A stretch of 64,000 bases of DNA from Rubripirellula sp. (GTDB lineage Bacteria > Planctomycetota > Planctomycetia > Pirellulales > Pirellulaceae): assembly GCA_965216875.1 (NCBI GenBank), contig OZ244207.1, forward strand, positions 4,032,001 through 4,096,000, in the 5' to 3' direction. Each line of letters opens with the position of its first letter. Position 1 is the first letter of the stretch. The notes under the pieces were generated by a model. That model was not told where the DNA came from and did no database searches. It saw only the letters and a program-made list of their open reading frames with translations. Position numbers and translations under genes: made by a program. Positions 55,952-64,000 of the stretch are shown one piece after another.

Positions 55952-58900
55952 TCAGTGCTTGAAATACTCGTGGCCCGAATCGCCACCTGAAATCAGATAG
56001 GCAAGCAGATCAAGAATCTCGTCCTTGGTCATGCGATTGAACAAACCCGCCGGCATTGGAGACACCTTCGACACAACCATCTGCTCGATCTCGTTTCGGT
56101 TCACGTTCACACGCTTGTTGGGATCGGTCAGATCGGTGTTGATGGTCAACCGATCGCCATTCAGATTGACAACAACACCGGTGTGCACGACGCCATCTTC
56201 GGTCAAGACACGCACCGAAGAGAATTGGTCGTTGATCACCTTGCTCGGGTTGACGACTTGATCGATCAAATCGTGGGGCGAGTAACGACGTCCCGACGTT
56301 GTCAGGTCGGGGCCTGTCATCCCACCTTGGTTGCCGAACCGATGGCAAGCGTAGCACCCCGCCGCAGCAAACATTTTGCGTCCGTTGGCAAAGTCACGCT
56401 CCTTCAGGCCCGTCCGTGACGCTAGTGACAGTTCGTCCAATGTCCACTGCGTTTCGGACCGCCCCGCGAACACCGCGCCAAGGTTCTCGAGCGCCGACTT
56501 CTTCTCTGGCTTCTTTGCCAAAATCTCTTTGAGCGTCTCTTTCTGCGCCGCACTCAGTGAAGCAACCGCGTCGTCTCGCATGAACTGCACAAACTTTTCA
56601 AAGCTCGCACCGCCGCGATAATTCGCCGCCTTCAAGAACCATTCGAAATACCTCGATTGAAGCTCCGTCGTCCAACCTGCTTTCAACATACGAATGGAAC
56701 GAGCATATTGAACTTGCTCTTCTTGCGTGGGCGCCGACTCGATCAAGGCCATCGCCTTTTGAGCCAGCGTCGGCGATTGCAACCAGGCAAGGGTTTCGCA
56801 TAACAACCAATTCAAATCTGCTGAAGCCGAGGGGAACAGCGGGTCAATCTTGGCGATCAGCTTCTCAATCGTCGCATCATCGGGCCGGCCGAATCGATTG
56901 AAGATGATTTGCAACGTACGCTGCAACGTCAACTGACTCATCGAGTCTAGATTCGCCATGTCGATCGCCAGCGCTGCGGACAACATCTTGTCGCGCATTG
57001 CCGTGTCGACTGGCGGCGTCGCATCGTTTCGGTGCTGTGGACAGGTCCCGGTGACCCGTGCAAGTGCTAACAGGGCTTCGACTTGTTTCGTCGGATCCGA
57101 CTCAGCAAGTGTTTTTTCAGCCCAAGTGTCGACAGGTTGATGCTCGATCGCCGTGCGAGCCGCGTATCGAATGAACCGATCTTGACTGGAGAGGTGAGGC
57201 CAAGCGGCTTCGACCGCATCCGCGTCGACGCGTCCGTGAAATCTTTCGAGTGAGTGTCGAAGATCGCGAGCGGCACTTTTTGAAGCCACCGCTTCGGCTG
57301 GCACTGTCGATTCATCACCAACGTAGCTGACACGGTAGAGTCCTGATTGAACCTTTCGTCCACCAATGGTGAAGTACATCGCACCATCACCCGGATGAAT
57401 GATCGCGTCGGTGATCGGCAAGGGCGCGCCGGTGACAAATTCTTCTTTGGTCGCGGTGTATGCCGAACCTTTGGGCTCGAGATGCACGGCGTAGACTTTT
57501 CCCCAACTCCAATCGAGTGCGTACAAAGCGTTTTGGTATTTGGCTGGGAACTTTGCCCCGTATCCGAATGTCACCCCCGTTGGTGAACCCGGTCCAATGT
57601 CAAAGACACCGGGGACATTGTCCGCGTAAAACGTTGGTCGCTTTCCCGCACCGTTGCGCCACCCGAACTCGGCACCGCTCGTGACCAAACACACGCGAGT
57701 TGGCCGATACCAAGGTGTGTTGAAGTCGTATTCCATATCAGCGTCGTAGGTGAACAGCTCGCCGTCACGGTTGATTGCGGCATCAAAGATATTTCGAAAG
57801 CCGTTGGCGTAGGCTTCAAAGTTCTTACCATCGAGATCGACGCGATAAATGATTCCACCAGGTGCCAACACACCACGGTTGTGTCCGCGACCATCGGGGA
57901 AACTCGGAAGCAGGTGGTCTTCGCCCCAGATTTGCGGAACTTGTGACCCCTTCGCGAATTCCGTCGGCTTGGCGTTGTTGCCGCAAATCAGAAACAGCGA
58001 CTTCCCGTCAGGGGTTGGTACAACCGCGTGAACACCGTGGTCGCCGCGTGCCTCCATCGCCCGCAACCTTTCGACCTTGTCCAGGTTGTCATCGCCGTTG
58101 CTGTCGGTCAGGCGATACAAGCCCGACGGGATCTTCTTTTCGTAGTCGTTGACACCGACGTACAAGGCATCGTTCATCCAAACCATTCCATTGACGGCTC
58201 GAATCTCGGCTGGCACTGGCTTCACATCTGAAGCGGTCAGCGTTTGGCCGCTTGCGGGCGGAGTGATTCGGTAAAGTCCACCGAATTGATCGCTGACCAG
58301 CAAACGTCCTTTGTTGTCAGTGCAAAGGTTGACCCAAGATCCTTGCGTGTCACCTGGTACGGAATAGAGCAACTCGACCTTGAAACCCTTGGCTGCCTTG
58401 ATGCGGTCAACGGGCGTCGCGGTGTTCCCGGTTTTCGCGGCGACAGCATCGATGGCAGCCTTTGCATCCGCTCCCTTGAGATGCCGCAGGGCGACATCTT
58501 TGAATTCGACGGTCATGGGATTCCCAGCATGCAACTGCAAGGCAAGGATTCCTTTTCGTTTTGCTTCGGGATGGTTGTCGGTCAAGTCCATCGTGGTCAC
58601 GCCGTTGACTTGATGGATTTGACGATTGCCAACGGCGATAATCGTCAACTCATTCCACTCGGTATCGACAAGCTTCTGATTCTTATCGCCAACTTCACCA
58701 ACCACTTCCGGCTTGCCGTCTGCACCGACGACCACGCGTTGAAAACGTTTTGCGACAATCCCACGCCATTTTTCGGCATACAACATTCCGAAGAATTCAG
58801 GCTTCGGATGCAAGTCGGCCTGGTAACCCTTTACAACAAAGTCTTCGGGGTTACCGACCAGTTCGCTACGATATTGCACGCCGGAGTTGTTACCTGAAAA

Positions 58901-59143
58901 GCGCACCTTGGCTTTGAAGACAAAGTCAGCCACTTCGCCACCTTGCCATACCAAGAACGTGTTGCCTTTGGTTGGTTTCTCTTTCGTCGTTTCTCCAAAG
59001 ATGGCTCCGTCTTTGACTGACCAGAACTCGCCCTTCCCATCCCAGCCGGAAAGGTCCTTACCATTAAAGAGTGACTCGAAATCATCGGCAAAAGTGACCG
59101 ACGTCAGTAAACACAGAAACAACCAGGTTGATATTCGTCTCAT
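55952..59143 (-). CDS. DUF1080 plus PVC-type heme-binding protein (propeller, HEAT, cytochrome c)
   Basis: SLFNGKDLSGW, NNSGVQYRS, GILALQLH; GFKVELLY, YDADME; CYACH, GPDLT, SPMP. Confidence 0.92.
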   Translation of the reverse strand: MRRISTWLFLCLLTSVTFADDFESLFNGKDLSGWDGKGEFWSVKDGAIFGETTKEKPTKGNTFLVWQGGEVADFVFKAKVRFSGNNSGVQYRSELVGNPEDFVVKGYQADLHPKPEFFGMLYAEKWRGIVAKRFQRVVVGADGKPEVVGEVGDKNQKLVDTEWNELTIIAVGNRQIHQVNGVTTMDLTDNHPEAKRKGILALQLHAGNPMTVEFKDVALRHLKGADAKAAIDAVAAKTGNTATPVDRIKAAKGFKVELLYSVPGDTQGSWVNLCTDNKGRLLVSDQFGGLYRITPPASGQTLTASDVKPVPAEIRAVNGMVWMNDALYVGVNDYEKKIPSGLYRLTDSNGDDNLDKVERLRAMEARGDHGVHAVVPTPDGKSLFLICGNNAKPTEFAKGSQVPQIWGEDHLLPSFPDGRGHNRGVLAPGGIIYRVDLDGKNFEAYANGFRNIFDAAINRDGELFTYDADMEYDFNTPWYRPTRVCLVTSGAEFGWRNGAGKRPTFYADNVPGVFDIGPGSPTGVTFGYGAKFPAKYQNALYALDWSWGKVYAVHLEPKGSAYTATKEEFVTGAPLPITDAIIHPGDGAMYFTIGGRKVQSGLYRVSYVGDESTVPAEAVASKSAARDLRHSLERFHGRVDADAVEAAWPHLSSQDRFIRYAARTAIEHQPVDTWAEKTLAESDPTKQVEALLALARVTGTCPQHRNDATPPVDTAMRDKMLSAALAIDMANLDSMSQLTLQRTLQIIFNRFGRPDDATIEKLIAKIDPLFPSASADLNWLLCETLAWLQSPTLAQKAMALIESAPTQEEQVQYARSIRMLKAGWTTELQSRYFEWFLKAANYRGGASFEKFVQFMRDDAVASLSAAQKETLKEILAKKPEKKSALENLGAVFAGRSETQWTLDELSLASRTGLKERDFANGRKMFAAAGCYACHRFGNQGGMTGPDLTTSGRRYSPHDLIDQVVNPSKVINDQFSSVRVLTEDGVVHTGVVVNLNGDRLTINTDLTDPNKRVNVNRNEIEQMVVSKVSPMPAGLFNRMTKDEILDLLAYLISGGDSGHEYFKH

Positions 59144-59222
59144 AGATCTTGCAATTCTTCGAAGGGGCAAATGAGCGGATAGGGGAGGGAAGTGGGGTAG
59201 GTAGTGTTGGAAAAAGAAAAAG

Positions 59223-60785
59223 TCAGTCAGCGCGTTTCCACACCGCGTCTTCGACAACGGAAAACGAGCCCATCGTCTGCTGTTCGATATGGTCGACCAA
59301 TCGTTCAAACTCGCCCTTCTCGGCATCCGTTGGCACGTCGGTCAAAAAGAGTGGCCATTTAGGTTGGCCCCAAAAGGTTTCCTCGTATTGATCGCCCGCG
59401 CGTTCGACAAGCAACAGCCCCGAAGTGATGTTGCCACCGATCTCACCGAACAAGAGATCAAGCTCAATGGGTTCTCCGTCGAGCTGGACCCATTCACTAC
59501 ACGCGAATCCAGCCGGTGCGATCAAACAGGGTAGCGCGGGATTGTTTTCACGTGGGATGCCAAGGTCTTTGAAGGGCGAGTCATGCCGCGAACCTTCAAA
59601 CACCGGCTTGCCGTCGATCGCGACCAACATGTGGTTGTCGGCGTAGCCCCAAAAACGGTAGCGGCCTTTCTTTGGCGGGCGCACTTTGCCGCGATACCAG
59701 GCCATCCAGCCCCCATTTTGCGAAAAAGGCGCGAGTCCAATGCGTCCTGGAAACTCGTGATAGGCCCCGGCAATGCCGCGAAAACCGATCGCCTCGCTCT
59801 GTTTCAATACATCCAAACAGGATCGATCTTGAAACTGCGAACGAACCAGCGGCAAGAACGTGTTGGCGATGACGTCTTCATCAAGCCTCGATTTAGTGAT
59901 CAGCGTCGAACGGTCGTAGCCGAATACCGACCCGGTCAGTGCTCTCGTCAATGGACCGTGCTGTGGTTCGGTCGCAGCAAGTGTCAATTCCGGAATCGCC
60001 CGCGACACGTTTGAAGGCGAGCGTTTTTCTGACTCGCCGTTTTGGTCGTACCTTGCGAACTCACCCTCGTGCATCAACTCGACGGAACTGCCATCATGGT
60101 CATCGACTGAAATTTGACCGTCGAGCACAAGCACTTCGGAACCTCTCGAGCTAGCAGTCACAACAAAACTCGTTCCGAGATCAACGAACTTTCGCTGAGC
60201 CGTATCGACGACAAAACCGACTCCCTGGGGTGGAACGACCAACTTCACTTGCCCTTCTCGCAAGGAAACGTGTTGGTCACTACTAAGCGTCATTATTAGC
60301 GGCGCGGTTGCAACGACATGCACACCTGTTTCACGAAACGCCAATTCGATCAGTCCCTGAGCCACATCGAGCTGTTCACCGGCATACAACTCGGCTCCAT
60401 CAACAACCTTGCGATCATTGACGTTGCCCTCGCCTTCGATTCGAATCACTCGCGCGATCCCTCGGCGTGATACTTCTTGCGGATCGGCTGGATTCCGAAA
60501 CCAGCCGAACGCAGCAAAAACGAGCGAGGCAGCGACCGCAAGCAAGGCCAACCAAACGGTGTAACCACTTGGTCGTTGCCGCGAACGGTCTGTTTCCTCG
60601 ACAGTCAACACGCCAGAATCGCCAGCTGTGAGCGATTGCCACTTTGCGTCAATCGTGGCGAGTGATCGCAACATCGCTCGTGCATCAGCATCGCGACGCA
60701 AGAGGTCTTCAAGAACAGCGAGTTCTTCCTCGGTGATCGCGCCGTCGAGATAACGGTGCATGAGATCGAGTTCGTTTTCGGTCAC
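59223..60785 (-). CDS. FecR-domain anti-sigma factor with C-terminal PA14-like domain
   Basis: TM helix; FVDLGTSF, EVLVLDGQI; WYRGKVRPPKKGRYRFWGYADNHMLVAIDGK. Confidence 0.88.
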   Translation of the reverse strand: MTENELDLMHRYLDGAITEEELAVLEDLLRRDADARAMLRSLATIDAKWQSLTAGDSGVLTVEETDRSRQRPSGYTVWLALLAVAASLVFAAFGWFRNPADPQEVSRRGIARVIRIEGEGNVNDRKVVDGAELYAGEQLDVAQGLIELAFRETGVHVVATAPLIMTLSSDQHVSLREGQVKLVVPPQGVGFVVDTAQRKFVDLGTSFVVTASSRGSEVLVLDGQISVDDHDGSSVELMHEGEFARYDQNGESEKRSPSNVSRAIPELTLAATEPQHGPLTRALTGSVFGYDRSTLITKSRLDEDVIANTFLPLVRSQFQDRSCLDVLKQSEAIGFRGIAGAYHEFPGRIGLAPFSQNGGWMAWYRGKVRPPKKGRYRFWGYADNHMLVAIDGKPVFEGSRHDSPFKDLGIPRENNPALPCLIAPAGFACSEWVQLDGEPIELDLLFGEIGGNITSGLLLVERAGDQYEETFWGQPKWPLFLTDVPTDAEKGEFERLVDHIEQQTMGSFSVVEDAVWKRAD

Positions 60786-61327
60786 GCTTCACCTCCACCG
60801 AGTGACATCGTCATGCAGCGATGAAGTTCTTTTCGCACGCGAGCGAGGAGCTGGTAGAGCGACCCTTCGGTTCGTTTCAGATTCGCCGCGAGCTCACGAA
60901 TCGTTGTGTCTTTTCCATAAGCAGCCAGTGCCAACTCGCGTCGCTGGCGAGGAAGCTTTTCGATGCATTGGTCGAGCACTCGCAGTTGTCGTTGACGAAG
61001 CGGCAATTCATCGGCCCCTTCTTCAGCCAACAATTCGACAATGTCTTCAGCAAGGACAAGTCGGTCGCGAGCAAACCGCCGTCGCGCGGTCAGCAATTCG
61101 TAGCGAGCAATCAGACAGGCCCAGGCCCCAAACGCAGAATGATCTTCGAGTGTCGAGAACTTTCGCAGCGCCGCGACACTCACCTCCTGCATCACATCAT
61201 CAACTTCCTGGGCCTTTGGGCAGCAGGAGCGGACGAAGGCGCGCAGCTCGGGCTCATGCTGCATCCAAAGCCTCAGAAAGGTTTCGTGCGGATTCGCGAC
61301 GTTTTGGGTGTCCAATTCGGTTTCCAT
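60782..61327 (-). CDS. ECF RNA polymerase sigma-70 factor (Rhodopirellula/Verrucomicrobia type)
   Basis: FLRLWMQHEPELRAFV, DDVMQEV, FGAWACLIARY, SLYQLLARVR; GTGA overlap with the FecR gene. Confidence 0.95.
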   Translation of the reverse strand: METELDTQNVANPHETFLRLWMQHEPELRAFVRSCCPKAQEVDDVMQEVSVAALRKFSTLEDHSAFGAWACLIARYELLTARRRFARDRLVLAEDIVELLAEEGADELPLRQRQLRVLDQCIEKLPRQRRELALAAYGKDTTIRELAANLKRTEGSLYQLLARVRKELHRCMTMSLGGGEA

Positions 61328-61408
61328 GTGTGCTCCTTACTCGTCCGCTGCCGTCCCCCGCACAATTTTACGCAGAAAACCAGAAAGATTTCGAAAAGAG
61401 CCAAAGAG

Positions 61409-61503
61409 GTAGGGTGTGTGCTTGCACGCACCAAATCCGTCGCTAGCCGCGCACGCACCAAATCCGCCAGGCATTGAGTGGTGCGTGCAAGCACACACCC
61501 TAC
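61409..61503. repeat. GTAG-type REP doublet (REPIN-like)
   Basis: gtagggtgtgtgcttgcacgcacc ... ggtgcgtgcaagcacacaccctac, perfect inverted arms of at least 24 bp. Confidence 0.85.
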
Positions 61504-61547
61504 TTTCCTGTCGAGCACACCGAAAAGGAAAAGGGCCTGGAATACGC

Positions 61548-62369
61548 TCAGTTCTTCTTGAAGATGAACTTTGTGTAGGGCTCGGTCTTTGCGTGCATCG
61601 ACTTGTTGTCGAGCTTTTCGACGCTCCAGACCTCCTTGCCCTCGAAGGTGGCCGACATCGGCACAAAATTCGAACGGGCCAACGCGTAGTACAACCTCGG
61701 TTGCCCCGACTCCTGACGAACCTCCAACAGCAACAACACCTCTGGATCGGTTCCGCGAGCGTAGGCAAACAATGCTCCGTCAAGCACTTCGCTGGCCGGA
61801 CTGTCGGTGTCGGCGATCTCGTAGCGATACAGGGGCCGAGCGAGAATTCGCAGCTGATCAACCGATTGGTCTCGGTTGGTCATCTTCAACGAAAACTTCC
61901 TGGCCGTCATGCGCATCCGGGCAAGACGCTGAACGGCCGTTTGACCAACACTTGCCGCCCCCGGAACTGGCTTCCAATCAACACCTGACTGAATGCAACG
62001 CCATTCCTTTTGCCCGTCACGCTGCGCAAGAATTGACTTGGTCGAAAGTGATTGGAACTCATGCGTGCTGTGAGTGTGCGGCCGGTACCACTTGTAGATC
62101 GATGCGATCACGGCGGGACGTCCGGCGTCCGTCCAAACAAACACGTTCCCGTAAACCTCGCCGTTCTCGGGATCGGTCCATTTCAATACGGGGTCGGCTC
62201 GTAGTTTCAGCGTTTGGTCACCCGCTTCGATCGAATACTCTGCCGCAATCTGTTTTGCTGTTTCCGCAAACGCGTCCGCATTGCTCTTGCCTTCGTCTAG
62301 CTCCTGGCCATGAACATTGGCGCCAAGCAAAACCAAACAAGCCGCTGCGATCATCAAACGATCAATCAT
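61548..62369 (-). CDS. Secreted hypothetical protein
   Basis: Signal peptide from ATG 62369; motifs PVLKWTDP, GRPAV, RPLYRY, DGALFA, GTDPEVLL. Confidence 0.8.
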   Translation of the reverse strand: MIDRLMIAAACLVLLGANVHGQELDEGKSNADAFAETAKQIAAEYSIEAGDQTLKLRADPVLKWTDPENGEVYGNVFVWTDAGRPAVIASIYKWYRPHTHSTHEFQSLSTKSILAQRDGQKEWRCIQSGVDWKPVPGAASVGQTAVQRLARMRMTARKFSLKMTNRDQSVDQLRILARPLYRYEIADTDSPASEVLDGALFAYARGTDPEVLLLLEVRQESGQPRLYYALARSNFVPMSATFEGKEVWSVEKLDNKSMHAKTEPYTKFIFKKN

Positions 62370-62569
62370 CGGAACACCCAAAATGCAAACGAAAGAGATT
62401 GGTAGCCCATCAACATAAGACACTACGTCTACGCTGGCAAGCTTTTTAGCTTTCGGCCGCCGTGAATGGGCTGCGGCGATGGTTTATGATGCAATCCTCC
62501 TTTCAACCATGCCCTCTTCGCTTCGTTCAGGAGCACGCGATGGAACTTCGCTCGCGCGAGCCTAGGCAA

Positions 62570-63253
62570 ATGAGCATCACAGCGGACACGAAGACGCGGG
62601 TGGTCGTGATCGAGGATCATACCGAATACCGCGAAGTGATCGAAATCGCATTGGGAAAGACGGACGACATCGAACTTGTTGGGACCTATGGTGCGGCCGA
62701 AGTCGCGCTTCGTCGTTTGGAACATTCCAGCGGTTGGACAAAGCCCGATGTGATCCTTTTGGACATTAGTCTTCCGGGAATGTCGGGGCTCGACGCGATA
62801 TCACGAATTCGACGCGATGGTGAAGATGTCAAAATCATTGTCCTGACCCAGTCCAACCAAGAGGCGGATGTGATGCGAGCGATCTCGCTTGGTGCCTCGG
62901 GTTACCTACTTAAATCGGCGACGGTCAATCAAATCATCGAAGGCATTCGGTGCGTGATGGCTGGCGACGCTCCGTTGGACACCGGGATCGCCAAGTACAT
63001 TTTGAATACGCTGCGATCAGCGCTGCCCAAGGGCAAAACAGCTGCGGTTTTGTTGACCAAGCGAGAGATGGAAATCCTACATTTGCTGGCCGATGGACTG
63101 ACCAAAAAAGAGATTGCCGAGCAACTCTGCGTAAGCAACAGCACGGTCAGTACGCATACGGTCCATATTTTTGAAAAGCTAAGCGTTCAAAACGCCCCGG
63201 CCGCAGTGGCTCAAGCATTCCGATTGGGCATCTTTTCACGCGACAACGAATAG
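62570..63253 (+). CDS. Two-component response regulator, NarL/LuxR family
   Basis: VIEDH, PDVILLDISLPGMSG, GASGYLLK, LTKREMEIL, HTH. Confidence 0.95.
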   Translation: MSITADTKTRVVVIEDHTEYREVIEIALGKTDDIELVGTYGAAEVALRRLEHSSGWTKPDVILLDISLPGMSGLDAISRIRRDGEDVKIIVLTQSNQEADVMRAISLGASGYLLKSATVNQIIEGIRCVMAGDAPLDTGIAKYILNTLRSALPKGKTAAVLLTKREMEILHLLADGLTKKEIAEQLCVSNSTVSTHTVHIFEKLSVQNAPAAVAQAFRLGIFSRDNE

Positions 63254-63257
63254 TCGC

Positions 63258-64000
63258 CTATTTTCGTCGCCACCATCGCCGCGTGCGGAGTGTGAGGTGA
63301 ATGCTCGTTCCCTGGGCATCCGGTTGTTCCACCGAGACTGAGGCCCCCAATAGTCTCGCCCGACGGCGCAGCGACGGTGGAACATCACTCAAGTCGGCGT
63401 CAGACAATCCATGACCATTGTCCGTAATGGCGAGCAGCACGGACTTTCGATTCCCGACCAACCTTGTCTGCAACTGGGTTGCTCCTGAGTGACGTGAAAT
63501 ATTGACCAAACATTCTTTGTAGAAAAGAAACAGGTCAAGGCGTGTGCGTGGTTTAAGCAGGTTGAGGTACTGCTCACCTTCGACTTCGATATCGTGATCA
63601 ACATTAACGGCCACACTCTCGGCCGCCTGCCTCATGTCGGCCAAGAATTCCGCATGCAGGTCGACCGAGTCGTTCGCGTCAACCAAGTGCCTCATCGACT
63701 GTCCCGTCCGCTCGGTTAGCGTCCGAATTCGGTTGAGATAGCCCGTTCGCTCATCCGCATCTCGCGACGAGTCTTCGGCAAGATCACTCAGCAGACCGAT
63801 CGTATGTAGGTTGGCTCCCAATTCGTCATGCAAGTCGGCGGCCAAGCGTTCTTTGACTGAGGCGACCTCGCGGAGCCGTAGTAAGCGATTGCCCAGCAGG
63901 ACAAAACCAATCGCCACTGCAAGGGTCGCAACAAGCCAACGAGCAAGACGCAGATTGATCGACTGACGTTCGAAATGACCATTGAGGTCCGAAACGATTC
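63258..64000 (-). CDS. Sensor histidine kinase (HisKA_3/NarX-like), C-terminal part; starts beyond the window
   Basis: RLAADLHDELGANL, ECLVNISRHS, DNGHG, GTSI; frame open to the window edge, with a TM segment. Confidence 0.9.
   Translation of the reverse strand, partial: IVSDLNGHFERQSINLRLARWLVATLAVAIGFVLLGNRLLRLREVASVKERLAADLHDELGANLHTIGLLSDLAEDSSRDADERTGYLNRIRTLTERTGQSMRHLVDANDSVDLHAEFLADMRQAAESVAVNVDHDIEVEGEQYLNLLKPRTRLDLFLFYKECLVNISRHSGATQLQTRLVGNRKSVLLAITDNGHGLSDADLSDVPPSLRRRARLLGASVSVEQPDAQGTSIHLTLRTRRWWRRK

Overview
A GC-rich bacterial chromosomal window with a planctomycete signature (Pirellulaceae/Rhodopirellula-like): a DUF1559 protein, two proteins with the planctomycete 'LE.R.(L/M)LA' export motif, three PVC-type heme-binding proteins, two ECF sigma/FecR pairs and three sulfatases. 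1-10 kb is a thiol-rich, metal-related neighbourhood: DUF1559 operon, ArsR/SmtB, Fur, a Cys-rich MacB-type ABC system and an octaheme cytochrome. 10-37 kb holds large secreted modular proteins, tRNA-Val, rpsU, a GntR/YtrA ABC-2 operon, panE and polysaccharide-modifying genes. 42-64 kb is a mostly minus-strand locus that looks like sulfated-glycan utilisation, plus a two-component pair. Best leads: (1) an in-frame UGA in a C-GGGG-U-GGGS-C loop followed by a SECIS-like hairpin with a GGUCU loop, which would join two 'separate' ORFs (7647-6283) into one candidate selenoprotein; (2) a divergent OpgG/OpgD (MdoG, GH186-like) domain inside a ~1530-aa extracellular SBBP/GEVED protein; (3) TGCA-N7-TGCA operator-like palindromes linking the DUF1559 operon to the neighbouring Fur/ArsR regulators. 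Many REP-like intergenic repeats are present. No CRISPR, rRNA, transposase or integrase was seen. All family calls come from motif recognition by eye, not database searches.
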